The position numbers and the translations under genes are program-made. From Saccostrea echinata (Eukaryota): a stretch of DNA of 64,000 bases. The notes below the pieces were generated by a model. It made no database searches. It worked only from the letters and a program-made list of their open reading frames with translations, and was not told the DNA's origin. Below are positions 25,101-36,893 of the stretch, in pieces. The stretch's first letter is position 1. Each line of letters opens with the position of its first letter. The DNA is taken from positions 3,720,001 through 3,784,000 of the forward strand of contig NW_026889769.1 of assembly GCF_033153115.1 (NCBI RefSeq), read 5' to 3'.

Positions 25101-26642
25101 GGCAATATGATAGTCAGTTGCTGTATATCATTTGATTTTTAACTGTAAGACTGCTTCTGTTGCAACCTCTAGGACCACCATCTGTATCACCAACTTCATA
25201 CCTAGGAAAAAACTGCACAGTGCACATCGGGAAATTGGTTTTCAGGCAAGGTCATTTAAGGGTCTTGTCAGTACTCCAAGACATATGTCAATCCCACTGT
25301 ATCAGAAAAGATGGCATATTAGGTATACTAGTACCAATTAAGCAAATGTTCAATTCACAAATAAGAATAACAAGTGATGCGTTAGCAATTTTGTCTAGTG
25401 TACATGTAAGTGTTCACAAAAAATATCTCTGTTTGCATCAATAATACTTAGTGTGGTAGTGTTAGATATACGGCTTCCTACTAGTTTGGGCTAGTGGAGT
25501 AACTCTTTAGCTCAATCGGTAGAGCATTGAAATGGCATGCCAGAGGTCCCAGATTCAATGCCAAGCAGAGGCAAAAACTGTCTCTGTTACAAATGACCTA
25601 ACAACTACAGTCAAAACTCCTTATCTTGAACACTATAAGACCAAGATTAAACTTTGAGATATCAGAGGATTTGAGATAACGAGGGTAAAAACACAAAGAA
25701 AAAGTGCCTGGCACTGCCTACTAGTATCCCTGGTATTCAAGTTTTTGGTGTTTGATATAACAAAGTTCAATTATAAATTGCATTTAAAGTTTCTACTCCA
25801 AAAAATGAAAGTTTAGTCTTATAAATGAGACAAAGAATGTTTTAAAACAACATTATGTAAATTCATAAAAAAAAGTTATGGATTTTACTTAAAAAATTTA
25901 TTGTTGAATCCCTTTTGTCAAGCTCTTACTTGTTGACAGCCAGCATCAGGATGAAATCTGTGAGAATGACAGAAAGTCGCTGGAAAAGGACTGTGGCTTC
26001 ACTGGCATAATTCAGATTCTCTACCCTCAGCATTTCCTTGTCAAAATAATAGGCCACTTTGGCCAGGAAATACTCAAACCAAGCAAAGAAGGGGGGATAA
26101 TCTAAGGTCCATTCTGAAGTTTTCTGAAAACAAAACCATAGAAAAATAAAATATGTTCTTGTATACACTATTCTTCTAGGGACAGTGTTAAATCATGAGA
26201 ACTTAAACATTTCAATATTTCCTGTGTAGTCCCTGATTTTGTTACTTTATAATTAATGCATAAATCAGAGATAACATAAAACTTTCAAAATTTAAAATCA
26301 TTCTCATAATAACTAAGTGTAAACTTCAACTCATCAAGCTTCATTATTTACTACAACAAAGTAATTTCTTACTATAGGTAAGGTGAATAGCATTTAACAT
26401 ATCAAAAGATGTGCATTACTATCAATTAAATTAGACAAAAACCATCAAGAAATCATCATCAAAAACCTAAATGTACGGTCTGTCTTCCTTTCGTTCAGAA
26501 AGGAGAACCAGCTGTGTCAAAAAATATTATTAGAATTAAAATGTACTTCTTTTAAAAACTTACCTCATAGTACCATTGCTCTATAGGTCTGCTGAATGTA
26601 ATCGCCAACCAGTTCCTGTGAACTTCAAAATCCGTAGAATGG
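16183..26642 (-). CDS. ALG8: Dolichyl pyrophosphate Glc1Man9GlcNAc2 alpha-1,3-glucosyltransferase ALG8 (multi-exon; first coding exon not located)
   Basis: In-frame exons: 26642-26564 ([15 protein letters not shown]), 26123-25930 ([16 protein letters not shown]), 24373-24249, 23463-23396 (HIHFQYNGF), 23262-23142 ([20 protein letters not shown]), 23015-22912, 22732-22612 ([23 protein letters not shown]), 22521-22388 (MTGGLVQE), 22098-21959 ([11 protein letters not shown]), 21802-21705 ([10 protein letters not shown]), 17247-17175, 16420-16183 ([14 protein letters not shown]...KKVKSQ*). Phases are consistent; ~498 aa recovered. Confidence 0.95.
16564..17095 (+). mobile_element. Helentron-type non-autonomous element in the last ALG8 intron
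   Basis: AACAAGAGGCCCATTTGCCAC start, GACAGAC-type tract, 3' hairpin GCTTACTTGAGCTTTCAGCTCAGGTGAACT; same family as ~12812-14250. Confidence 0.7.
17887..21216 (+). repeat. Nested Helentron-type elements with a ~179-bp satellite-like array, inside an ALG8 intron
   Basis: Outer element: ATACGCCCGTC near 17912 pairs with GACGGGCGTAT near 21201-21211. Inner element ~18555-20206: CCCCACGC/GCGTGGGG pair, ~5 copies of a ~179-bp unit (CTACACATTGTGTAC at ~19297, 19476, 19654, 19833, 20020) and (GACT)n at 20110-20155. Confidence 0.75.
23464..24248 (-). other. U12-type (minor spliceosome) AT-AC intron in ALG8
   Basis: 5' splice site ATATCCTTT at 24248, branch point CCTTAAC at 23478-23472, 3' AC at 23465-23464; splicing restores the conserved [10 protein letters not shown] motif. 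Confidence 0.93.
25452..25591 (+). mobile_element. Possible solo tRNA-containing LTR (or SINE head)
   Basis: TGTGG...TGTTACA ends enclosing TAGCTCAATCGGTAGAGC (A box) and AGATTCAATGCC (degenerate B box); no matching TSD. Confidence 0.4.
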
Positions 26643-28199
26643 CTGGAAAGATCATTAATAATCTTTAAAACACTAAGCAAATGACATTATTGCCAATTCA
26701 ATTTTATATCTGATCTCAAAAACTAGTTCAACCCTCATTGCTTACACTTTTGTTGTTAGATATTTAAACAGGTATGTCATACGAGTATATTGATGTAATT
26801 TATATAGACTTGATTGCTATGACAGAAGTTTTTGAGCTCATTTGTGCATTCTGACCAAAATTTTAAGCTATTAAAATGTATGAGAGAACTAAAATTCAAT
26901 GTATTATAAATTTATAATAATAACATCCGGATTAGACAAGTTTCACTGTATATAATTAAACTGGGTCTGTAAAACAATGTTGTTTAACTATAGAGCATTC
27001 TACTTAATTATTATATTCAGTTTAATATTAGTAGTGACAGCATTTAAGGTTTAGAGGGTGTATTTCATTTCCGCAAATTTTGAAAAATTTCAATTCTTCA
27101 TGTATGTTTCCTAAGATGTTTTATTACATTTCCACAAAAAAGATCTCTACTACTATTATAACTATATCCTGTGGCATTGAGTTCAACTCAGGTTGATTTA
27201 AATGGCTTCATCAAATGAATCCAACTCATTGGAAATCACTTGAGATAAAACCTAACTTGTTATGTGTATGTACAACATGGAGATTGTACACTTTCTTATT
27301 AATAGGAGGAAAACATGTCTATTATATGTCATCAATTGGTATTCCTACAGATTATTGAATTCTTTATTGCATATCAAGTACATGTATTGCAAATAAATGT
27401 TTTAATTGTACCATAGGACTGGCAGTAATTTAGATTTTGCTTTGATGTTGTTGTGGTGTATTTGCCAGAAGAATCACAGTTTTTAAGTCACGCCCTCTTT
27501 TTGGCATCAAGCCATACTGTGACAAAACCTTGACTGATGAATGAATGATGTTAATTTCCAGACCTTGGCAATGGCTGATGAATGAATTAAGTCAACATTT
27601 CAATTCAAGAATACTAACATTGAGCTTGTCGATGTTCGCTTCATAAATGTTTTTGTATGTTTTCTCCGTGCATCCTTAATCAGTAAATGATACGTCCTAT
27701 CTCAAATTCTCGTCATTATCTTTCCCGTCGCCAAATACATATAGCAATTTCACATCAGAAGTCCCCGCATTTTTTTTTTTTACTTCCAATATCATTTCAG
27801 ACTTTCATTAAAATGTCAGAAATCATTCCATTTTTTTTTTCTGTACGCCGATTGCCATAAAGAAAATTTTGAATGGCGATGCTTCCCATACCCATCCACC
27901 CACCCTTTAAAAAAAAAAAGATAATAGAAAGATAAATTTTCTTTCAGAGTTGATGTCCTGAATATAAAAGCCTACAATCGCTACCCCTGTACCTGACAAA
28001 AATCATGTTTTTTGCGTCTTCAACATTCCAAAGGTACAATATCTTCACATGTACCAATTTCGAATTTTTTTTCAACAATTTGCCTTGCAGATGGAGACAG
28101 CTATTTATACAAACTCCGGACCGTGACTTGACACCTCGTAGTAGGCGGTGCTAATTATCAACTTGCTTTTCTCTCATTGGTCCTCTGGTACAAGTAACT

Positions 28200-28326
28200 T
28201 ACACAATAGATATTAATTAGTTAGCAGTAAATACACTCACAGTTTTTATTCATGAGGGGCGGAGCCCCAAGTGAATGAAAACCTGTGAGTGTATTTACTG
28301 CTAACCAATTAATATCTATAGTGTAA
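28200..28326. repeat. ~125-bp imperfect hairpin element
   Basis: TACAC..TAGATATTAATT..GCAGTAAATACACTCACAG arm and its reverse complement around a GGGGCGGAGCCCC centre. Confidence 0.65.
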
Positions 28327-28755
28327 CTATAACAAACACTATTTCATCATGCATGCTGTTTTTGCTATTTACTAATTAACATAATTTATCTGCATGTTTT
28401 ATGGGTGCTAGTAAATAACCAGATAACAAACTGCAGAAAAGAAGTACATTTTTGTGGAAGCATAAACAAAGAAACTGTGGAATCATTATACTCCTTTAAC
28501 ATTTTATATGTATTATATATACGTTTTTTTTATGTTTAAATATTATATGTGTATCTAAAGGATTTTGATGGTATCCAAGTTCTTAATACAATTGCATTTG
28601 CCCCATTAGTCACACCCATCAAATATTTCGATAATATCAACATATGTAAGTGTTCTTTTTTTCTTTGGTGTATGTATATGTACAAATAAAGTTGAAATGA
28701 TATTCATTTTAAATCAACACATTAACACAACACATGGGTACTAGTTTTATTTAAG

Positions 28756-29103
28756 TGTAATGTTTTGGGTCGTGGATATCAGCCTTGGTAGCTCAGTCAG
28801 TAGAGCATCTGACTAGTGATGCAGGGGTCCCAGGTTCGATTACCGGTCAGGTCATATATTTTTCTCCTTTCCTATTACATAATTTGGTGCCGTTGACCAC
28901 CCCCAGAATTGCGGGTGAAAGTCCTGCCAGGGGCAATAAAAACTTGGGTTGTGACTTTGAGGGCAAAGACAATTTAAAGAGAGAAATGTAATGGTTTTGG
29001 CTGTGGATATGGGCCTGGGTAGCTCTAGAACACCTGACTAGTGATGCAGGGGTCCCAGGTTCCATTCCCAGTCCAGCCACACTTTTTCTCCTCTCCTCTT
29101 ACA
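28756..29103 (+). mobile_element. Complete 348-bp miniature LTR retroelement with tRNA-derived LTRs (TRIM/Ajax type)
   Basis: LTR1 28756-28879 and LTR2 28987-29103 both run TGTAAT...TTACA and contain a tRNA-like core (TAGCTCAGTCAGTAGAGC...GGTTCGATTACC); PBS TGGTGCCG at 28885; PPT AAAGAGAGAAA before LTR2; 4-bp TSD TAAG at 28752-55 and 29104-07. Confidence 0.85.
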
Positions 29104-29416
29104 TAAGTAAAAACTGGGTGCAACAGAAAAATATTCTTTGTGATATAGAAAGAAAAAAAGTCATCAACTCCTATTTCGTACATACATTCCCTAAATTACA
29201 TGGCATGTATTTTTTAGAAAACTTTTGGCTGTGTTTTGAAACAGGTGAAGATTTCTTAGACACTTAAAAGTTAAATGCTTTTGTCAGTCTTGCCAGAAGC
29301 ACATCTAAAGTACTACAGAATGCAAACCCTTTGCACTTATTCAATGGCATATGCATAGTCAAAGACAAAACAGAATTATATTGCCACCAAATGGTTCAAA
29401 AGCCACCTGAAAAACT

Positions 29417-29929
29417 TAGGAGTGGGACGATCCACCGGTGCACCGATGCATCACAGTATTCACTTTGACGATCTACAGATCGATTCATCTAATTTAGTAT
29501 CACGATACCTGACCGCACTTTTTTTTAATTTCCAAAAATGTCCGGGCTTTAGAATTCGAAATTTTTAGTCCTTTAGTCTGTATCATCAAGACGTTTAAAC
29601 AAACACAAATAAAGTACAAACGTCTTTCTGATACAGAATTCAAGATATAAGCGTCAAAATGGCATCAGACACGCCGGATTATATTAAATTAACTAAAGAT
29701 TTCTGATTAATTTTTATATAATTGACTGTAATTTGAGTCAAGAAACTTGAATTCACAGTTCATTTGTTGAATTGGTTTGTTTTCATACACTGTTATGTTC
29801 CAAATTAAATGTTCTAAAAAAAATTCATAGTTTTATTTGGTTTTAAATGTATCGTGATATGTATCGTATCGCACCTAAGGTATCGTGATATGTATCGGAT
29901 CGGCTAAGTTCAGTATCGTCCCAGCCCTA
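29417..29929. mobile_element. hAT-type MITE
   Basis: TIR TAGGAGTGGGACGAT / ATCGTCCCAGCCCTA, perfect 8-bp TSD GAAAAACT (29409-16, 29930-37), subterminal ATCG repeats. Confidence 0.85.
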
Positions 29930-32295
29930 GAAAAACTCCGACAACAATGGTACATAGAGTGGTTCTGCATTGCATTACAGCCCATGTGTTCTTGTATACA
30001 TAATTTAAAAAAAATCTACGTAAAGGTAAAAAAAAAATGCATTTACTATGAAGGAATAAGGAGAAGTTTTATGCAACTGACTGCAAAAGAGATCTGCCAC
30101 ACTTCTCTCATTTTTCTTTCCTCAATGTTGAAGAATTTCTTTCACAGAAGACCTTTATACCCATGCAAGAGAGCGTTTTGCTAACCATGCATGCGAATAT
30201 ATACAATACAAAACCCACTCAAATCGAAACGATTTATTCCGTGAAAATATAAGTATTTTAGAAAAAAAAAAATGATAAAACATATATATGTGAATTACTA
30301 TATTACTACAAGAACCTGACATATTAGGAATATATATTATACACTTATCCACGGCTGTGTATGGGGATAGCTCTGTAGGGGACTACCATTTGGAAGTAAA
30401 TAATATGTCCTCGAAAATGTTGACAATAAATTATTTGTCCTCGACTAGCAAGAAAAAATAATCATTTTTTTGCTGGTGCTACATGTATGTACTACCCAAA
30501 TCAATATTAAATCAACAGGTTAATTGTTCGATTTATTGAATTTATGCTATGGGCTCCACAAAATTAACCCTCATTCATTTCATTCATAATGATTTTGTGT
30601 GACACCTCATTTTATCTTATTTCTTATTTTTCATTATGGTATTGAAAGACACAATCGATCAAACAATCATTCAATCAATCAAACAATCAATCAATCAAAT
30701 AAAATAAAATTAAAGGATAAGAAAAATATAAATTTAGAATGTATCTTTAAATGGATATTGTTTAAAAGGGTGTTTAAAAAAAATAAATATTTTTATCTAA
30801 AAAAAAAAAAAAAAAAAAAAAAAAGTCAAAATTTAATTTTTCAGTTGTAAAAAAAAAGTAATAATAAATGCAATAAATATATTCGAAAGATTCACCAATC
30901 TAGGTCCGGAAGTGGCTGAGTGGTGGTGCAAACGCAGCGGACGGCCGATGAGACGCAGAAGGATCCAAGCTTGGATACAAATCGTAGTGTTAGGGATCTC
31001 TTTGCTTTTGAGTCATCACTCGACAGAGCCGCAGACTTAGCGGAGGACTTTGAACCGCAGGCAAGTCACAGGCCACATAAAGACGAGAGAGAGTGGCCTA
31101 AGATGGAGGATGTAACAGCATGGGACACAGCTTTGACAATGATATCGGTACGATTCTGGAAACAACATTGGAAGGCAATACAGAAAGGAACATTGGAAAG
31201 CAATGCAGAAAGAAGCTTGTAACACTTGCCAGCATAATTTATAACATCGGGAAAGAAAGATTTGCCACTAAAGAAGCAACTTGTAGATCTATGGTCACTT
31301 ATAAAGGTGACAACAGGAGAGAGTCCAGGATCAGGGACTGTCGTGAAGAACTGAGACAACCTAACTAGCAATTCAAGAAGGGTCAGATGTGGAGAAAATT
31401 AGAATAGCTGCACTGACCGATGATGTTACACCGGAGCTCGCAAGGCCGAGGCGAACAGAAAGAACAAGGAGGATGAAGAGGCGAAGAACTGTAGACAGGG
31501 CACGTTTGTGAAAGATCCATTCAGGGTCATAAAAGAGTTGCTAGGCAAAGAACTATAATGTACAACGCGATGGTCGATCACGGAAGTAGATCATTATCCG
31601 AGGGAAACCCATTCTGACCCACAACGAAACTTAGATCTAGAACCTTATGTTGAAGTGGAACCAAGGGAAACAGAATTTGATAGCAAAGAACCATCTTGGA
31701 AGGAAATAACATCCATCGATAAGAAGGCTAGCTCTGGATCAGCCCCAGGACCCAACAGGGTTATGTACATAAAGCCCACAAAAAGCGCCCAAAGGTACTG
31801 CCGAAACTATATATGGAAATTGTGCAGAATCATGGGGAAAAGGGAAAAGTGCCAAACGTCTGGAAACAGACAGAGGGTTGCTTCGTGCCAAAAGAGATGA
31901 ACTCCAGGATTATTGGGTAGTTCATAACAATGTCTCTACTCAACGTGGAGGGAAAGATCTTTTTATCACTGTTAGCAAAGAGGCTGTCGGACTACATAGT
32001 TAGAGACAAATACATCAACATATCTACCCAGAAGACAGAAATCCTAGGTTTCTCGGAATGTGTGGAAAAGTATGAATTCAGAAATATACCAATCGCCAAT
32101 ACGAGGCTTCATGGATGACCTCATAGTGACTACATCAACATGCATACAAAATAGATGGGTTTTAGTTTCACTGGAGGATACCGTAACTTGAAGTTTAAAA
32201 AATGAAATCAGATGAAGGGACGAATCAGTCATTTAAGGTGAAGGTCCAAGACAAAGACGAAAGTTGACAACCCCATAAAATACCCTGATCCATCA

Positions 32296-33075
32296 CACAG
32301 GCACTTGGGGTATGGACCCCCCCCCCCTTTCCATTTTTTTTCTTTTAAAATCGGGGGTAGAGTCACCTTTTTCCTATTTTTGTATTCTAATACGCACTGT
32401 ATGTTATCAATAATGTAACTCTTTTGTCTCTATAAGCTGTTTTTAAATATATTGTTTTCGACTGATACATAAAAAGAGAGAAGGCTTGCAACTCTTTTCT
32501 CATCGTCTGCCTCACCTCGCTTAAACTTCGCCTGATTATTTATCGAAAGAATAAGAAAACATGGAATATGCATACATCAATAAATTCGTTATACATTCTT
32601 CTTCCTTTTCATATTTCCATTTAATTTTTATGTGCCCCCGATTTTTAAATATTTCGATTAAATCACCTGCATCTAGGGTAAATTTTGTTGATGTGCACCA
32701 GCTGGGACGGAAGTGCCCGGTATTTACAAATCGGGGGCACATAAAAATTAAATGGAAATATGAAAAGGAAGAAGAATGTATAACGAATTTATTGATGTAT
32801 GCATATTCCATGTTTTCTTATTCTTTCGATAAATAATCAGGCGAAGTTTAAGCGAGGTGAGGCAGATGATGAGAAAAGAGTTGCAAGCCTTCTCTCTTTT
32901 TATGTATCAGTCAAAAAAGATATATTTAAAAACAGCTTATAGAGACAAAAGAGTTACATTATTGATAACATACAGTGCATATTAGAATACAAAAATAGGA
33001 AAAAGGTGACTCTACCCCCGATTTAAAAAGAAAAAAATGGAAAAGGGGGGGGGGGGCATACCCCAAGTGCCTGTG
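32296..33075. mobile_element. 780-bp foldback DNA transposon (probably P-superfamily MITE) with ~350-bp inverted arms
   Basis: CACAGGCACTTGGGG...CCCCAAGTGCCTGTG termini, near-identical arms around a ~80-bp spacer, perfect 8-bp TSD ATCCATCA (32288-95, 33076-83); CANRG-type terminus. Confidence 0.88.
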
Positions 33076-33371
33076 ATCCATCACTGGCAAATAGTAATCA
33101 GTCGAAGGAACTAAAACCTACTGTAACATCATTGCTGAAGAAAGTAAATAAGAACGGGAAAGTACAAAGCTTGGATTTACTAGCAATACCAACATGGAAT
33201 CCTGCCGATATTGATGTGGTTTTGCTGATTTACGAGGTAGCGAGGACAGTTGTAGAGGGCTCGGAGAAGGCAGTCAACCGTTACGTACATGTAAGAAGAT
33301 GGTTGGGAGTTCCATCAAGTTTTGCTTCAATTAAATTCTATAGCAAAACATCTCAGCTCCTATCTTTGATA

Positions 33372-33673
33372 TTTGTTTGTTTGTTTATTGTTTAACGTCC
33401 CTCTCGAGAATTTTTCACTCATATGGAGACGCCACCACTTGCCGGTGGAGAGCTACAAACTTTGACCTATACTCGGCACTCAGGGCCATTGAGCAGTGAG
33501 GGATCTTTTTCGTACCAGCACCTACTGCGATACGGGACCTCGGTTTATACGGTCTCATCCGAAGGACCGGTCTCCACGTCCCACAGTGGGATTCGAACCC
33601 GCGACGTAAGGATCAACTCCTTACTCCGCGACTCTAGAGCGAACGCTCTAACCACTGCGCCACGCGGGCGACC
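33372..33673 (-). mobile_element. tRNA-derived SINE (V-domain-like core, (CAAA)n tail)
   Basis: Minus-strand head GGCGCAGTGGTTAGAGCG...GGTTCGAATCCC, core ATAAACCGAGGTCCCG...AAAGATCCC, tail (AAAC)n; approximate TSD CTATCTTYGAT on both sides. Confidence 0.85.
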
Positions 33674-34341
33674 CTATCTTCGATGATTGAAGAGTTCAAA
33701 GTGGCTAAATGCAGACTAGTGATGACTTTACGAGACTCATTAGATCAAAAAGGTCCGTGATGCTGGAGTAAGAAAAGGTCAGGACTCAAGTGGTAAGCAA
33801 TTATCGCAGAAGACCAAGCGGAGAGCATACTAGGATTGCAGAACATTATAAGCAACACGTGCAAAGGCAGAAAAAGTCACATTTCCAGCAATGACAAGAC
33901 CGAGTGGAGGAGCATGATTCAGGGTGAGGTGAGAAGAGAAGTTAATGAAGATGCCACAAGATCACGGGCAATTGAACTCAGGAAGCAGGGGGTTTGGATG
34001 AGATGGGAGCTTCCACAAGAAAACATGACATCGTCTGCCCTATGGAAAATGGACCAATTCAGTTTTTACTGCGATTGGTCTATGAGGAAAAGGACACAAA
34101 ATAATTTTTTAGGATGAAAATTCCTCTAGGAAGTGGAAATGGTCTTTGAGTTTTATCGACCCACACTCTTTCGTGATTCAGGTGGTTAATTCAAAATTAC
34201 TCGAGTTCTGTACATGTGTCATCAAAGTCGTACTTATATTACAGCCGCTGACATTTACTCCTCTCTTCTTATTCCAAAACATTGACCTCTTACTGTGCAT
34301 TGAGTTTCTTTATGTCCGAGAAAATAGACAGTAGTTGTTTT

Positions 34342-34688
34342 CACAGGCACTTGGGGGCTGGACCCCCCTCCATTTTTCTCTTTCTTAATCCTGGGGTCGA
34401 CACACCTTTTCCTATTTTTGTATTGTAATATGCACTATATGTTATCGATAATGTAACCCTTTTGTCTCAATAAGCTGTTTTTAAATATATCGTTTTCGAC
34501 TGATACATAAAAAGAGAGTATCAGTCGAAAACGATATATTTAAAAACAGCTTATTGAGACAAAAGGGTTACAATATCGTTATCAGGTATTTGCATATTTG
34601 AGTACAAAAATAGGGAAAAGGTGTGTCGACTCCAGATTTAAAAAAGAAAAGAATGGAGAAGGGGGGGGTCCATCCCCAAGCGCCTTTG
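34342..34688. mobile_element. Shorter, internally deleted copy of the CACAGG foldback family
   Basis: Same termini (CACAGGCACTTGGGG...CCCCAAGCGCCTTTG), palindromic body homologous to the 32296-33075 arms, 8-bp TSD GTTGTTTT (34334-41, 34689-96). Confidence 0.85.
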
Positions 34689-35597
34689 GTTGTTTTTAAC
34701 AAGCAGCTACATGTAGGTGATTACTCGGACATAGAAAACAGCTAGGAGGACCATGGGCTAAAACATATCTCTTTCTCTGTCACATGAAAATGTGAATGAA
34801 ACTTCTTAATCATTTTGTTTCTTTAGTTAAATTTAAAACATTTTTCAACATTTTTAATCTTACAGAATATCGATGTTTGAAAGTAAGATTGTTTTATTAC
34901 TGTATTCTTAAGAAAATCTATTTTTTTTTTACAATGGGGTTAACATGGTGAAATAAATCCATGTACATCTTAGATAAAAGTTATTGCCCCAACATAGGCC
35001 TTCAGATGGCTTTAACCTGACTGACATACTTGGGATAAATAGATATATAAAGATTTTAATATACTGTAAATCACTTTTTATTCGCGAGAACTTTATATTC
35101 TTGTAATAACGCGTGTCTTTCTGCTTGCAAAAAATTCACCCTACGTTCATTTCATTGCATGTTTTTATTGTTAAGTATAATATACAAAAACCATCGTTCG
35201 TCAAAATTTTGTTTCGTTCATAAATACCAAATGACTATCTCGCGAAAATAAGATGTCGCTAAAATATATATAGTGATAAACATGCAGTATCCAGGATGTC
35301 AGTCAGATTTTGAAGGATGTGGGCCCATGGGACCTCCATGGTCCACTTGAACCTGACAGGAGGAAACGATTTAATCTATTCTATATAAATAAACTGACTT
35401 CCATATGAGTTTGGTCTGCTCTGGCCTTGTGTTCGTGAAAAATAGGGGTACTACAAACAAATAAATCGACAATATAGAGTAACTCGATCATAGAGTCCTT
35501 GATATTCGCAGTACTGTGAAGTGTGTGTGATCAAGGAAAGATATTTTTTGCAATTTTCCTAAGTAGAACTTAAAGAAGAAAACAATTATTTGATACC

Positions 35598-36009
35598 AAT
35601 TAGTACAAATATCTTTTCTGCTTGAATATTCAGTAAGGCGTAACATTCTCGGCTATACATAATTAGCGTCTCTCAATTAGTGACCTAGATTCTCATTGGT
35701 TGCCATATTAGCTCATCAATACTGAAATTTACACAGCTTTTCATTCACGGGTGAAGTGCACATGGGATAAAAATGGTTCAGACGTCAACGAGTGACGGAA
35801 GGAACCAATTACATCGTTTCTTACAGTAAAGAGGTGTGGCTTATGTCATCTCATTGTTTGTTAACAACAATCTGAAGTTGCTAATGTTAATAATAATAAT
35901 GTCTTAACCAATGAGAATCTAGGTCACCATTTGAGAGACGCTAATTAAGTATCGCCGAGATTGTCACGCCTTACTGAAAGTTTAAGCAGAAAAGAGATTT
36001 GTACTAATT
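35598..36009. mobile_element. MITE-like element with ~105-bp inverted repeats
   Basis: AATTAGTACAAAT...GACCTAGATTCTCATTGGTT and its reverse complement AACCAATGAGAATCTAGGTC...ATTTGTACTAATT. Confidence 0.7.
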
Positions 36010-36893
36010 TGCAATGGTAAAATAATTGTGTATTGTAAATGTTGAATTGTGTATTGCATAATTGTAAAAAAAAAATGCAATAGTAAATTGTATACTTAGT
36101 TTTTAGGGATTAAAATTATAAAGATCCCTGCGTGGTTTATCAGTATACTATTAACGATGAAACAAACTTCTTTATAAATAAAATTTATTATATTTCTCAA
36201 ACTTAAATACTTTTACACAGTTCGCCAATTCTATGCAACATTTCTATGCAACTTGTGCCGTGACATATGGCAATTTAAAAATCTTTCAATTTATCACTAA
36301 AAATTTGCCAATGCACTTTGCCAAAACAGAAAGATAAATATACTATCCTTTGCCAACAATGTCAAGGAATGTAACATTATTTACTTAGCCCGTAAATTGA
36401 CGTGAAATTGAAGTGTTTGATAATTACATTTTATCATGAAGTCTGGCCGACATTCTCTGCTCAAATCCGGGGGGAAATTCTTTTAAACCGCAAAATCTCC
36501 CCGTCACAAGATACAGACACACGAAGATTCACCTTTATAGCTTCTTCCTATCCTTGCTCGCAACAGCAAGATTTCACTCGTTCTTTGGCGATCTCTTATC
36601 TAAACAATCACACACATTTTGTAAACTACCGTTCAATTAACCCGACTCGGCTTGAACTGCTAGTAATTTATTACAGACGAGATTGGACGGTCAAATCCAT
36701 ATAATTTTTTTGACAAGTACAGGTGTAACAAACCTGAGAATCTTTTTGTGACACAGGCTGATTGATAAATTATACGTGGAATTTTTAAAAATATATATTT
36801 AGTTATGTAATGTGTGCGCTAGATTCGTTTTTGATGTTGACTCGAACAGGAAGTATGTCTCGATCCTGATATTTTTTTTATTGATCACGAAAG

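Larger units (their letters stand above)
30900..34090 (+). pseudogene. Decayed Hero-like (RLE-type) non-LTR retrotransposon, interrupted by a foldback element and a SINE
   Basis: Frameshifted fragments WPKMED..., ILETTLEG...IIYNIGKERF, KASSGSAPGPNRV, SLLNVEGKIFLSLLAKRLSDYI...NISTQK..ILGFSECVE, RRWLGVPSSF, KQGVWMRWELP...LWKMDQ. These are RT and flanking-domain motifs I recall from the Hero clade; many stops and deletions. Confidence 0.75.

Noticed and set aside
28780-29080. Apparent pair of tRNA genes
   Set aside because: Stems are degenerate, and both lie inside LTRs with PBS, PPT and TSD, so they are retroelement parts.
30315-30360. Minus-strand TAVDKCIIYIPN resembling the end of ALG8 exon 1
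   Set aside because: Weak similarity, poor donor site, no Tyr at the junction and no hydrophobic helix or convincing ATG.
32536-32836. Two 91-aa ORFs on opposite strands with nearly identical sequence
   Set aside because: Mirror-image artefact of the foldback palindrome; no coding signature.
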